Of a DNA stretch of 64,000 nt, positions 25,638-40,222 are shown piece after piece. The notes below the pieces were generated by a model, which saw nothing but the letters and a program-made list of their open reading frames with translations, did no database searches and was not told the DNA's origin. The position numbers and the translations under genes are program-made. This stretch comes from Octopus vulgaris (taxonomy: Eukaryota), in assembly GCA_951406725.2 (NCBI GenBank), contig OX597824.1, positions 3,038,001 through 3,102,000 on the forward strand, in the 5' to 3' direction. How positions within the stretch are numbered: the first letter of the stretch is position 1; each line of letters begins with the position of its first letter.

Positions 25638-28600
25638 GTTATTGCAATATCTTCTTGATTTCGTTATTGGACTCAAGCAGTTCTGTAGACCTTATATTAA
25701 AACTTTAAAAAGTTGCACCTTTGGAACAAGGTAACAGATTTTTGGTGTGACGAGGTAGATTACAAAGTTAAATCTTCGATGATTCCGTCACTGGGGTTTG
25801 CTCATTTTGGTGAGTCGATAGAATCAGAATTTGGAGGAAATATTGCAGGCTGTAGGCCAGTCCTCCACCGATATTTATATACTTGCGCATATAAAGTTTA
25901 ATAACCTAAAATAAATCCAACGTGGCTTATTGGTCAGGGTGTCAGCACCATGATCGTAAGATTGTGGTTTCGATTCCTGGATCGGGTGATGCATTGTATT
26001 CTTGAGCAAAACACTTCATTTCACGTTGCTCCAGTTCACCCAGCTGGCAAAAATGAGTAACACATACGCCATAGAAACCGGGAAACCGGGCCCCTGAGCC
26101 TGGCTAGGCTTTAAAAATGGCGCATTTATTATTTTTTTTAATATATTCAACCAGGCTCTACTCTAGACGTCTTAATCTTATGCCTGCCATGGGCCAACAG
26201 ACACATTAGACTAGAACTTAACAGTTTCGTGGCGTGACTACCATTTTTCGCTTGAACCTGGAACCAGTACATCGCTTGGTTGGCTCCCAGCTGTTGTTCG
26301 TATTTGTATTCAGTTGAGTGAAATGAGCAACCTATGTAAAGCAGCTAAGATTTTCAGCAAGCTTCAGTAGTTATAAGACAGTGAAATGTTTGTAGATTTC
26401 TTGACATACAAACGCCTCTTCACACAATTAATTTAGAAATATATTATATAGAAAAGCAAAATATTATCTAGAATAACTAATTAGAATTCCTTATCACAAC
26501 TAATTAACAATGCCTTGTACGAATTCTTAATTAGTTTCGTTGTTAAAAATAATAGTATTGTTTCTTTTTATGCGGACGTCTCAGTAATTTTTATAGATAT
26601 CAAATATCTCGTGCAGGCAAGCGATCAATCAATCAAACCACTTATATTTTCCCTTAAGGAAATGCGGTAAGCGCAGTTGTCCACGAAGTCTTGAGTTCGA
26701 ATCCATTGCCTAAACTCTTGAATAAATTTCCTTTTCTATAGCCGCGGGTCGGCCCATTTCTTGTGAGTGAAATTGGATGGGGAGACAGAAACTCTATATA
26801 GGCCAGACTGGTTGACTGTGTCTACAATTCAAAAGTTACGGCCTTGTCACACACGGCGTCACGTTGATTCTACCTGAGTATTACATTAAGGATACACATG
26901 TGCGTAGAATACTCGATCACTCTACGTTAATTCAAGTCCAAGTAATTCATTTGAAGGAACAACTGAATCCTCATCGTCGAGTGACGGAGATCCATCAAAG
27001 GAAATGCGAATCTTGTTCTCTATCCCCGAATAAAGATTCGTTTATCTGCAGTCACAATATTTCTCATTAATATGCAGTCCATATGCTTTTCTTCTTTTAC
27101 CTGCTCCAGGGCACCGGATTACCACCATGCCGGATGACCACCCACCTTGGAACGTTCAATCAATCAACTCAGTCCTATTTCATAAGTCTGTTATACATTC
27201 TATCGGACTGAATAATGCTTTGTGAGGGATTTTGGAAAACGGAAACGGTGCAAAAATCACTTGTTATGCGTGAGTGTGTGTGTGTGTATGTGTGTGCTTC
27301 TCTCTCTCACTCTCTCTCGCTCTCTCTCTCTCTCTTTTACACACGCACACAAACACACACATACACACGTATACACGCACACACGCACAAACTAACATAC
27401 ACATGACGCACATAAACGATGCCTTTTTCCGCTCTTAACTTCCCGCACGCAGCCATCATTATTCACATATAAGAAATCTCACACAAGACACTCTCTCCAC
27501 GAACAGTGGAGGCAGCAGAGATGGTGGTGATGGACGTACTACCGGTATTGGCGGGGAAGTCTTATGTCCACAGAATTAAGAGCTAGCAAAGGCAAAGTCC
27601 TCGCTAACATACGTTCAATGTAGACGACTAACAAAAAAAAACAAAAAAACTTTGAATCCAAAATAGAACATTATTTCCAGGATTTGGTGTCAGTCAAGGT
27701 TATGCTTAACGTGTGTGCTTTAGAATTTTGTGTATTACTGGGTGTCACCGAGTGTCCAGCATTTTTCTATTAAAACACAAATATTTATTGAAGCCATTGT
27801 CAAACATTTCTTCAACTTAAAACGAGAACGCTGTAACATTTTCTCTCTTCAACCAATTCCTCTTTTCCTTAATATCTTTGTTTCCATTACAACATTCAAT
27901 GTAAAAGTGGTGAGCTGGTAGAATCGTTAACTCAAATCATGATGATGTCAACTTTACCTTTTATCGTTTCAGGGTCGATAAAGTAAAGAACAACGAAGCA
28001 CTGGGATCGATGGAATTGACTTTTCCTTTCCCCCTGAAATCTACTGGTCTTGTGCCACAATTGCGAAAAATTATTTCATTCAGTATTCGATGGTGAAATC
28101 GAAGAATCTTTAGTGCGTCGAAAAAATGCTTAGCGGTATTTGTTCCATCTCTTTACGTTCTGAGTTCAAATCACGTCGAGATTAACTTTGCCTTTCGTCC
28201 TTTCGGATTCGATGAAATAAAGTACTTGTCAAATATTAAGATCAGAGCTACAGATATATCCCTTGCCCTCGAAACTTGTCCAATCTGCTTAAATTAGAAA
28301 TCCTTATTCCATTCTCTGAAGAGCGGCGGATTGTTTAAAATAAAATACAATGCAGTACCTAAAACGTTTAAAATGGTCACGTCTGGAATATTTTTGATCA
28401 TAAGTCTGCTTGCTCGGGGTTGACCGGGGTTTAAATAACGACAACGATATCACACCGAATCGCTGTTGTATAATTGAAGCCTTGTGCATGTGGCAGTAAC
28501 ATGGTCCATCACACATCATTTGTTTACAATAAAATTATATTGCACTGTCACGAAGACATGCAACAAGATTTTAGAATATTAAACAAAAATTAGCCACTTT

Positions 28601-29231
28601 CGTTCTCATGCATTTAGACTTAATCCCCTTTCTAATTATCTAGACTTAATCCTTACTCATCTCAATAAATACATACTTACGGTGATGGTGGTGGTGGTCG
28701 TCATCATGGACCCTTACATCGATCTTGAAGTCTAAATGTCTGCTTGTTCGTTCAACTTGATAACCTCTTCTTTGGTTGAGTATTCCACAGCCACATGGAC
28801 TTTTAACATAATTGTCAGATAAAATGATGAGGCTGGGACACTCCATCCGACGGGCTTCTATGCAATTTGCGCCAATCCAAATTTGCTCACTAGGCTGGTA
28901 AAACCCTGACGCTAAAGTAAAGATACTGGTTTAAAATGTTAAACGTTCAACTGGGGCTTCATGAATGCTAAATAAACTTCACAATCTCCTCAACCAAATT
29001 TGTATTGAACTTCAGTCACCTCATGATACTGCATTGTCATTAGTCCTAAGCAATATACAATTAAATAAACTGCTTAATTAATAAATATTTACCGTTGCAA
29101 ATACAAGGTGCAATGTTTTTTAATCTTTTTTAATAACAATTAAAAGTATTCCATAATTTTCAGGTGACGACCACAAAATAAAATACATTTTCACGAAATA
29201 AGTAATAGATTTCAGTTTTCCTATTCTTTAT

Positions 29232-29575
29232 ACAATTGCAGCGTGGAAGGTGTTTGTAAGCCATTTAAGAAACACACAAAAGCTGTTCGATTCACTTCAA
29301 CATTTAAATTTAATTTGTCAAAATATTTTCGTCGCTTTGAGACCGCTGCCTGTTCACTGGCAAAAATCCGTGATGCATCACGGATTTTTGTTAGTGAACA
29401 GGTCGCGGATTTTAGCGACGAAAATATTTTGACAAATTAAACTTAAATGTTGAAGTGAATCGAACGGCTTTTGTGTGTTTCTTAAATGGTTTACAAACAC
29501 CTTCCACGCTGCAATTGTTTTCGTTCCAGCACACAATCTCAGATCAAATTACTTGCTATGCAAGTACATCTCCAT
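29232..29575. mobile_element. Fold-back element (~143-bp arms, no spacer) plus ~55-bp unpaired tail; PLE inverted pseudo-LTR-like
   Basis: Near-perfect palindrome 29232-29518 centred at 29375/29376 (CCGTGATGCATCACGG). Confidence 0.8.
29387..29436 (+). ncRNA. Minimal hammerhead-like motif with G3:C8 core variant (mirror copy on - strand at ~29314-29364)
   Basis: UUUGUUA-GUGAACA-G-GUCGC..GCGAC-GAAA-AUAUUU-UGACAAA. Helix I pairs over 7 nt, helix II over 5 bp, and helix III is the palindrome AAUAUU. Confidence 0.5.
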
Positions 29576-30902
29576 ATTCTTTATACATTTTTTAGAAAAT
29601 ATATTTAAAACAAAAGAAAATACAGTGAAGAATAATTTACTTCATTAAAAACGAAGAGTTGATTTAGTACCGTAAAATGGGAAAATAGTGGATTATTTCG
29701 TGCAATTTTCGCAGTAATTCTATCCTGAAAATAATTTTTATTGGATGAAAACTGAATTTACGACTAAGAAGCGTCAATTAATTTTACATTTATGACAATT
29801 TAATAAATTTATTTTTCGAGGCCATTTAGTTTGGGAGTAGATTGTGATAAGCTTTAGGAAAATGATTTAAATCTTGTATCCATTACTGTAGCATAGTCTA
29901 TCTCCCGTCATTTAATCGATTCATTCGTTGGAATAAAATTATGTTCACTATCACGAAAAGACGTTACGAAAGTTTCGCATGTTACATAAAAATGATTTTT
30001 ATACCATGAGTTAGTAATATTAATTAGGAAAACAGATGAATTCCTATCTTAGAAAAGCTCCGTTTTTATGCAAGCACTTCATACCTCGTTTTATGTTAAT
30101 GTTCAAAAACTCTTTTACAACCTTGCATTAAACTATATTCACAATTACAAAATTCAACGAAGACTTCGATTTTAGGCAACTTTATGAAGCTTTTCTAGTT
30201 TCAACTTCAAAACAAAGTACATCTCAAACATTTGCAATCTGTTTCTTAACTGGCACTTTTTTTTTTATTTATAATTCTTGAAACTCAAGATATGTTGTAA
30301 CAAATGGGAGAAGCACATTAATTGCTTTATTTCCAACAAATGTTTCCTTTTTTTTTTTAGCTAAAAATTCAGCCAGAATTTTCTGCTAGGTTCGGCATTT
30401 TTATTGAAACTACAACTGTCAAAACATATTGAACGTCAATAAAGCATTCTTTAAATATATTAATGCTGAAAATATCTTCATGCAAATCGTTAATATCAGA
30501 ACTAAATGGAATTTGCATACAATTTTATTTCTTAACATCTTTTATGAGAATCTGGTGATTGAATTCTGTCATCCATTTTTCTAGTTCGTTCAATATGATA
30601 TGTTATTAAAATTGTTGCCGTAATCTTCTTTCAGATGACTGATGGCTGAAAAAGACAAAATGCTTCCTTGTTCCATTTTCCTTTGCCAGAGTTTTAACTT
30701 TTCTTTCAACGCCTTTATTTTCTCCATTAAACGAATGATTATTTGATCCTTGCCCTGTAGAAAGATATTTCCGAAAACAATAACAGAAACTTAAAGTTAA
30801 TTTGCACAAACGTTTGGAGTCTGAAAAATATCTTGAAGCTGCAGAACGTTTCGTTAAAATAACAATCATATAAACTTGAGCAGAGCAGTAAATATTCAAC
30901 TG

Positions 30903-30989
30903 AAGAAGGAGAAGGAGAAGAAGAAGAAGAAGAAGAAGAAGAAGAAGAAGAAGAAGAAGAAGAAGAAGAAGAAGAAGAAGAAGAAGAAA
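30903..30989. repeat. (GAA)n microsatellite
   Basis: Direct reading. Confidence 0.95.
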
Positions 30990-31764
30990 CTAATCACTGA
31001 TTTTTTACTGTAAAGTTTAAAATTTTAACAATGTATTCCATAACTAAAAGGAAATACCTTTTAAAGAAAGAATTCTACCACATAAAAAAAAAGAAAAAAG
31101 CATTGCTAAACTTTAGTATAAAGATTACCGTTTCCTATTCTATCGCTAGTCTATTGTTGAATTGCAAGAATTCCCGAGAAGCCATCGGTGCAAATGCTGA
31201 AATATTTATTCTTGGTCACTCCTCATTTATTAAAAGGAAAAAGTAATATTTTTTTCAAAATATCTAACTGTGGATCTAGAAAATAGTTTTGCATGGTGCA
31301 ATGTCTTCTTCCAAGCATTTTGGCAGGATATTATATTGGGCAGCTTCACTTCATCAGTCGATTTCACAACCTGAAAACTAAATGCCCCGCTTCTTTTTTA
31401 CAATAATTAACTGACGTAACGCAAATATAGAGCAATAAATTATTTAACAAAAATGATTAAATAATTCTAGTTGTTACTTTCGTCACGAATTCAATTTCGA
31501 GTTTGAGATTATTGTAGCGTTCGTAGCACGGTGGACGCATAAACTTTACATAAATAACATAAATTTTTGTCACAATTGCCAGATAAAACCAGTTATATGT
31601 ATTGATCGGCAGCAGCGGATACCATCGATGCCAGCGTCGCAGAAAATATCTTTCGTATTCTTCACTTTTTTACATTTATCATCTTCTCGTAATATTTTCC
31701 ACTTACCTATACAGATTTAAAGAATGAATTCTCTTATATGTATGAATGATAAAAAGCAATGACA

Positions 31765-32395
31765 ATACGCATGTACCGAGAGTGATAAAAATCAAACGTC
31801 CTGTCAACATCATGGTGTTTGGAATGATCACTGGTGATAGCGACGTTATGCCGCCGTTCATCTTTCCACACGACCTCACACTCAACATGGAGGCCTACAT
31901 CAAGTGCTTGGAGGAGGTAGTGCTACCCTGGTTCAAGGGGTTGGCTACTAGAAGACCCTATATCTGACAACAGAACTCTGCACCATGCCACACAAGCAGG
32001 AGAACCCAGTCATGGGTGTCAGACAATTTTTGCGACCGCACCATCCCTAACATCTGGCCACCTAACTCCCCAGACTGCAACATCTTTGATTATTATGTGT
32101 GGAACGCAGTTGAGCGAGAGACCAACAAAATTCCTTGCAACACCAAAGATGAACTGAAGGCAAGGATTATGGTAGCATTCACCAACTTAAGCAATGAGAC
32201 CGTTCAGAAGAGTTATATGAGATTGCGAAATAGTCTGGAGTCCGTGGTTAAAAACAATGGCGATTATATTGAATAAAATTACTCCTTAGCATTTCAAGAT
32301 ATTTTTACGTAATTTTGGTAAATATATCTGTTAAAACGAGATTCCTGTGTTATTTTCATTTTTGTGTAATTTAGACGACAATTTATTCTCCTGTA
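31765..32395 (+). mobile_element. 3' half of a maT-type (DD37D) Tc1/mariner transposon, pseudogenised
   Basis: IMVFGMIT...PYI*QQNSAPCH...WPPNSPDCNIFDYYVW. There are 37 residues between the second catalytic position (mutated D to N) and the third Asp. Ends ...CTG|TA at 32391-32395. Confidence 0.85.
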
Positions 32396-32503
32396 TACAT
32401 ATGTATGCATGTATTATGCATGTATGTATGTATGTATGTATGTATGTATGTATGTGTGTATGTATGTATGTATGTATGTATATATATATATGTATGTATA
32501 TAT

Positions 32504-32576
<73 letters not shown>

Positions 32577-33064
32577 AGTTAAATAATGAGGGTAGAAATT
32601 AATATTAATTAATATGAATTTAAACCAGTGACCTAGCATACTTGAAATACTTCCGAAGATTAAGAAATTATTTGACATACATATATAAGAGGAATAACCA
32701 CCAAGGTGGATTCCTAGTATGCTAGAATAAGACGCCAAATCGTCTTAGCACGAAGAATGTGTTCTCAAGAAATTTCAGCAAACGCCACAAAGTAAAACGA
32801 GCAAGACAAATGAAAAGATACAAAATTTGGCAAAAAGCACCATACTTAGATTCCGCTATTAACGTTCACAAATATAAACATCGTAGTTCAACAGTGAGGC
32901 CGTTGCATGAAAACATGATTCACAGAACTAGACCCAATACGTCCTCCCAAAAGAGAACATGTATAGAGTTCTGCTGATTATGCATGAGGGGTATCTTTCA
33001 AATGTCTTCATTTTAAGACGATTTCGCGTCTTCTTCTGGCATATTAGGAATCCACCTTGGTGGT

Positions 33065-33127
<63 letters not shown>

Positions 33128-33377
33128 CAGATACGTAGATATGTATATATCTGCATATACCTTTATATATACTTATACGTACACATACACACATATACAC
33201 GCTCATACATGCATACATACATACATACATGCATACCTACATACATACATACATACATACATACATACATACATACATACATGCATACATACATACATAC
33301 ATACATACATACATACATACATACATACATACATACATACATACATACATACATACATACATAAATTTGTACATACA

Positions 33378-34553
33378 TAGTCTTTGTCTGATAACCTAAA
33401 ATACATGCCCAGAGAAGTCGCACGACTCTACCGAAACATATTATCAGATGAAAGGATGAGTCTATATCAACAAAAGACTATGCCTGGAGATGTCACTAGA
33501 AAGCTCCGTGATGATAGTAACATCGATCATCAAAGCAGTTTATTATGGACCTATAGCTGGATAACTACCTCCCACTATGAAGGGTATGCGTTTGCAATCC
33601 AGGAACAGGAAGTAACCAAGTACCTGATGCACGAATGGGATAGAGATGCAAGTAAAGTGTGACAACCGATGCAGACTTTGTGATGTTCACACCAGAGTTA
33701 TCACCCACATCATAAGCAGTTGTTCGAAAATGTCATCACAGTATTATTTACCGATGAGATATGACGGTGTGTCTAGGACATTCTATAATGAAATCCGTCG
33801 GAAGGATAATCTTGAGGACAATGAAGTAAGAACCGACAATATGGTAGAAGCCATAGCCACTCATAATAAGAGGAAAAATGTTGGAATGTACCATTGAAGA
33901 TCTCAATAAAATATAAGCACAACAGACCTGATATAATGATTTGTGACAGAGAAGAGAAACTGTGCACAGTTGTGGAAATTAGCTGCAAAGCCGATGCTAA
34001 CATAAAGCTGAAGATCAGTGAAAAAGAGAACACCTATGCTGAACTATTGAGAAATCTGCAGTTACTCTATCCAGGTAACAAGTTCAGGTTTATACCTGTA
34101 ATTATTGGGGCTTTGGAATATGAAACACACTGCCTAAATACCAATCTTGAGAAAATAGGCTTCTCAAAAGCAGAAACGAGAATGCTGATTCGAAGACTAC
34201 AGATCCAATCCATCAGTGGAACTGTAAAATTCTGTAAAACTTTCCAGACGATTATCATTTCAATATATATGAGCATGTCTAGATATCCAACTATATGCAT
34301 GAAAAGACATACATAACACATACAAATATGCTCATACATACTTACAAACATACAAACATACATACATACATACATACATACACACATACATACATACATA
34401 CATACATACATACATACATACATACATACATACATACATACATACAAAAATAGCCTGTTGTTGATGTTGAAATTCCAATGAAGGAGCCTTGGATCTTGGT
34501 TAGAAACCGGTTCTTTCTCTATTGGCAAGAAATCTTGAAATAAACTGATTAAT
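33378..34553 (+). mobile_element. 5'-truncated R4/Dong-type element (CCHC + RLE + 3' UTR) embedded in (CATA)n
   Basis: YEGYAFAIQEQE, CRLCDVHTRVITHIISSC, KHNRPDIMI...VVEISC...EKENTYAEL...IPVIIGAL. (CATA)n on both flanks and inside the putative 3' UTR. Confidence 0.85.
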
Positions 34554-34589
34554 GACATACATACGTACGTACATACATACATACATTCG

Positions 34590-34622
<33 letters not shown>

Positions 34623-37600
34623 TCGTACATACATACATACATACAAACTTTCGTACATACATAAGTATATATTGCATCATCAAAATGAAGGTTATTCGAC
34701 CGTTCACTCACGTTGTACTATGAAAATGACGCTACGCAGACGGCAATGAAGAATTTTAATTGGATTAAATACCAAATCATTGATTTGCTTTTTTCATCGT
34801 CTTTCGTTTGCTATCAGAACACAGAAACCGTTGTTACTGTTGTTATTGTTGTTGTTGCTGTTGTTGTTGTTGTTGTTGTTCACTTGGTTTACATACACTC
34901 TGAATAAATTTCACTAATAGCAACACCGCAACACCTTTCTCCGAATAACTCTGCGTGCAGCACAAGGTCCCAAGAGTAGTCATAGTTCCTAATAAATCGG
35001 AAATTCCAAATAATGTGTTGTTCTTAAACATCCCAGTATAGAAGCTACAGGAACATATATGCCATGCGTTCATCTAATCCATTTTGCTTTCATTACTAGC
35101 TAAATGATCCGCTGGATATTAACACGGTTTAAGGGGATGCCGTAAGTGAGTCAGTGTGTGTGTATGCGCACAGGTGCGTGTGTGTACGCCAATAGCATTC
35201 GTGTGTGTGTATGTGTGCCAGTAGCGTTTGTTTAAATATTTCTCTCTGTCTTTGTCTCTCTTCCCCTCTTTCTGTCTCTCTTCCCCTCTCTCTATTTCTT
35301 TCTCTCTATCCCCCCGCGTCCCACTCTTTTATAACCCTTTTCGACTTTAATGCTTAGCGGTATTTTTCCCGACTTTACTTTCTGAATTCAAATGCCACCG
35401 GGGTCGACTTTGCCTTACATCATTTCGGGAACGATAAAATAAGTACCAGTTAAACATTGGGGTCGAAGTAATCGACTTGCCCCCTCCTTCCCCCACCTTG
35501 TGCCAAAATTTGAAACCAATTCAGATATTGCAACCTCAACAGCTCCTTTATAGGATCCAGTTGCTAAGGACATCATCGGGAGGAAAAGATGGAAAATAGA
35601 CAGGAAAATGAGTGAGAGTGTGTATGTACCAGTAGCGTTCGTTTGTATCTCTCTCTCTGTTTCTCTTTCTCTTTCGCTTTCTCTCCCCCTCCTCTCTGTC
35701 TGTCTGTCTCTCTCTCGCTCGCTCGTACCCGTACGCGTACCCGCACTCTTTCCACAGAGGGACCGATTAGCGTAACAGGTTATTTACACCTCTGCACTTT
35801 ACAGTTAGCGCTTTCATAGAACACAACAGATGGAAGTGGTCTTTATTCTTTCCAATTGCTGAATCATAATGGGGATCTGCAGCACTCATGAATCTTTTTA
35901 AGTGCTCTGAGACCGGTGAAAGTAAAAAGTGGGAGTTATCTTCAGAAAACCCCAATGGTCAGCTGTTGGTGTTAAACTGACGCTACGGATTAAATCTGCC
36001 ATTCTAAGAATAGAAATTATTCTGGGTGTCTTTGGTAAATGTCATTTTATATAATCATCTCAACAAAAACTGCATAGCTGAGAATTATGTTAAAGGTACA
36101 TTTGGCTGTAGAATGCACAGCTACTTACATCTTAATTCAATGGGCAGATAATTCAGTCGAATCCGCATCATTGAACCGACGGAGATCCTTCGATCCATCC
36201 CAATCAATATTTTTTTGTAGGAACCACTGAAAAAACTGATCATAGTTGATACTGTGGGATTTTTTTCATCGGACAGCATGACGTAATTAGTCCAGTTGAT
36301 AGCCGAACCCATCTCCATTTAAAACTATTAACCTGTTATCAAAATAGATTTATAACCAGCCAATCATGGAACCTGTAAGCGATCATTCACCCTGACAGAA
36401 ACATCAACCACATTCTCCCTCAGATTAGATCTATCATAAGATAGATACAATGTTGTTCTAAATGCACATTCAATTATGATGTCCAAGTTACGACTCTCTG
36501 CCTCAATAAAAGATCAGATGGCCATGGTTGAAAGGCTTTTTATCTCAATTTTCCTCACCCACGACTGACCTGACTCGAAACAACATAAATTTACATTAAA
36601 TAAATTTATTATTTTGTCTTTTTTTTTCGTTAATCTTTTTCACCGCAAGTCATTTTTGTACTTAGGTTGCTTTGAGCCATTCAAATTTCGGTTTTGATGC
36701 TGCATCAACATGTTACTATGGCCCATTCTCTTGAGATAGTTTTTGTAGGTTTTGATTGCTTCATTATGATGTTAATTGAGCCAATTAAATTATTTCATCA
36801 TCAGTTCCTGAATTACGACTATAATATTTCTGAAGAATGGTGGATATGATAAAAAAATAGTGAGGGGGCGCTGCTTTCATCGTCCTCCTTCGGTGTAGTA
36901 AACTGGAATCTCGCCGGAGTCGACTTAGCCTTTCATTCTTCTGAGATTCGATAAAATATAGGACCAGACATGGAATAGTGGAGGCAGTAAAATCGAATGA
37001 ATTATGTCTGGTCCATCCTCTTCCAAATGTGTAATCATTTGCCAATACATAAATATAAAATCAATATTTGTATTTCTATAGAACAACAGACATGAAAGTG
37101 ATGCTGAAATTCTAGAATAAATGTTTTCCAAAAATTAATCATTCCTCAGTATTTTGATTCCAGATCGGTTGCGATGTATCTTGTCTTTTATTCCTTCAGA
37201 ATTGATCAAGTAAGTACCAGTAATATTTAATGTTCATTCAACTGTACATACATCTTTCGTACAAAATTATTCATCGAAAAAAAAATAGCTTTTATATTGA
37301 CATTTTCCGTGTATGTTCATTGAAATTCTTGCAGCTGAGAATTGTTGGCAATGTCAATTCTCTGATTCGTGATACCGAATATAACCAAGCCGTGACTGCA
37401 GAAGCTGTAATAATTCTTTATGTAATTCCGAAGACCATCAACCAGAGGCTGCTATGGTTTAATTCCTGCTTCCATGATAGCCAGTCAGCGACATCAATAC
37501 TCTGCTCCCTACTCTCGTAGAGGAATCTAATAAAGACGAGGAAAGAATATTTCAATACCGAGGCAAGATTTAGATGACATCAGCTGAAATGATATACTTT

Positions 37601-38313
37601 TTTTTATATATGAGATGGCCTGAAGGGCAATCGATTATATCGACCCCAGTACTTTACTGCCATTTTATTTTATCGACCTCGGAAGGACGAAAGGCAAAAT
37701 TGGTCTCGGCGTCATTGGAAGTCAGGGTGTAAAGAGACGGAACAAATATCCCGAGTCATATTCTTCAACGCTCCGATGGCTCCTGCCAATCCAAGACTGT
37801 TATCAGACATGAAATAATATGATTCTCAAATAAATATCTAGACTATATCCTCAGTTAAAGAAAGCTTTGATGGAAATGTGCTACTGGCTGAAATACCTGG
37901 TGTCGAACCAATAAGATAACTTAGCAAAATGGCAACACTTGTGTCAAGATTTTATTAATATTCGAGACAATTTTAAGTGTGAGGTTCTTCTCCACTGCAC
38001 ATAAACGGCTTCTGTTTCTGATCCGTTGTTTGATGATCAACAACATGTTTTTTCAATGTCAGTTATAATTGGTTTTGTAACTTGCCTGACTTCGAATGTA
38101 AAATATGAGTGAAGTAAGGTTCTTAAATTTACCCTCCGTTAAATATATGGTTTCTGAATTACATCAAGGTTTGGTGAGCAAGTGTATTTTCTCACGTATT
38201 GTCAATTATTTTAGAAGATTTATACTTAACTAGACTAGTCGTAATGATTTCAAATTTTGACACAAGGACAGAAATTTTTATTTACCCCATATTTACCTCG
38301 GGATTTACCCCGT

Positions 38314-38543
38314 AGAGGCGCAATGGCCTAGTGGTTAGGGCAGCGGACTCGCGGTCGCAGGATCGCGGTTTCGATTCTCAGACCGGGCGTTGTGTGTGTT
38401 TATTGAGCGAAAACACCTAAAAGCTCTACGAGGCTCCGGCAGGGGGTGGTGATCCCTGCTGTACTCTTTCACCACAATGGCGGTGCCCCAGCATGGCCAC
38501 AGCTCAAGAGCTGAAACTGGAAAAACAAAAACAAAAACAAACA
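38314..38543 (+). mobile_element. Short SINE with family A head and family C-like tail
   Basis: Head as at 13698; tail GGCGGTGCCCCAGCATGGCCACAG...CTGAAAC followed by (AAAAAC)n. Confidence 0.8.
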
Positions 38544-39814
38544 AAATATTGCATCGAAAGAATCTGCTGGATTTGATCTCTTAATCCAAGATGAATATTT
38601 CTTAAAATCCAGGCGTTTCCTGGCAACACATTTATTTTTTGTTGTGCATTATGGGTATTTAAACAAATTCTAGAGAACTGTTGAATAGAGATTTATAGAT
38701 AAAGGGTTTACATTTCATAATACCAGATTGGATAAACTGAGAGCTACTTGTATGAAAGCAAATGAGAACTGAGGTCGATTTAATTGGCTGTGCCTCCCCA
38801 CCAATCACACATCTGAGGAGGCCTTGTGCTAGTGTTAGAAATCAATATTATTTGATGAAATGTATTACTATAGTTTCAATGATGAAGCTTGTTGCTTTTC
38901 GAATTCTTAATAATTGCTTCTGATTTAGGCACAAAACGAACAATTTTTAGGGGAGATGTTAGTCAATACCCTGAACCCCAGTACTTAATCAGTACTATAA
39001 TTTATCGACACCAGAGGGATGATCAGTAAAACTGACATCGGCAGATTTGAACACGGAGCGTAGAGAACAAAAGAAAAATACTGCAAAGCATTTTTCCGAT
39101 GCTGTAACGATTCAGCTAGCGGGCTGCATTCGGTATTGGTTTATAAGAATTGCCATTTCCTTGTTAATCGATCCAATCTTGTAGTTTGCGAGATGAATTC
39201 ATCTGCATTTAAGGTTAGAAGCAAAATTCTTCTTCTGGTCCTAATTGTACGACATACCCTTCATGTTCAGTTAAGCGGTTTAAACTATTATCTAATTTTA
39301 GTTTACGAGCTATAATTTTTGTCCCAATATTTGTACAAGTCTCCAGATATAGTTTGGTCTTACACTACTGTAAGGTGATCGGCTTTAGCATCTCACATCT
39401 ATATTGTAAAGGTTCTTTATTCTATTAGACAGAATTTACATTTCTTAATGTCTTAATGTCAATTTCAGATTTTAGTTGTATTTCAAAGATGTTAGCGTAG
39501 GGTAGCATGTTTAAAAGTGAGATTGGAAAGGCTTCAGTTCCTTAATATTTAGCGATGGATCAGTTGAATGTCTTCGTATCATACAAGTAGGTAAATCTTT
39601 CAACGATTTCAGAGTCACAGACGGAAGATTTCCTGTGCATGGGTTTTACTAAGTCTTCAAATTTCTCTTGTAGCTTTATTGAGTAGAAGCTGTTAGATAG
39701 AGAGGAATTAACTTCTGCAGATAAGTCAAGATGCATAAATCAATAATTGTGCTGTAGTTTTGGTCATGCAGTCTGCTCTGTGGTATGTTATGTTGTAATA
39801 TATATCACAAGTCA

Positions 39815-40008
39815 ATTACATATTTAAGAGATGAGGAATAATGTACATTATTTACATTATTTACATTCGACGGATATTTTTCCTCATCTTGTTTGCTGTT
39901 AACACAACGTTTCGGCTGATAAACCATCCACCCTTCTTCAGGTGTCTTGGGGAAATTTCGAACCTGGGTTCTCATTCCTAAGGTATTTTTCGATGTTATT
40001 ATTATTAT

Positions 40009-40097
<89 letters not shown>

Positions 40098-40222
40098 TTG
40101 TTATTGTTCAGGTCACTGCTTGGAATCGAACTCGGAATCTTGGGGTTAGTAGCCCGCGCTCTTAACCACTTCGCATATGGCGTTTGGTTAAGAGTGGGGG
40201 CTACTAACCCCAGGATTCCCAG
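39815..40222 (-). mobile_element. Composite element: tRNA-like head, (AAT/ACT)n tract, hammerhead-like motif, and an inverted partial head
   Basis: Minus strand GTGGTTAAGAGCGCGGGCTACTAACCCC...GAGTTCGATTCC. CUGAAGA at + 39935-39941 and GAAAC at ~39909-39913. Inverted head copy at ~40177-40220. Confidence 0.6.
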
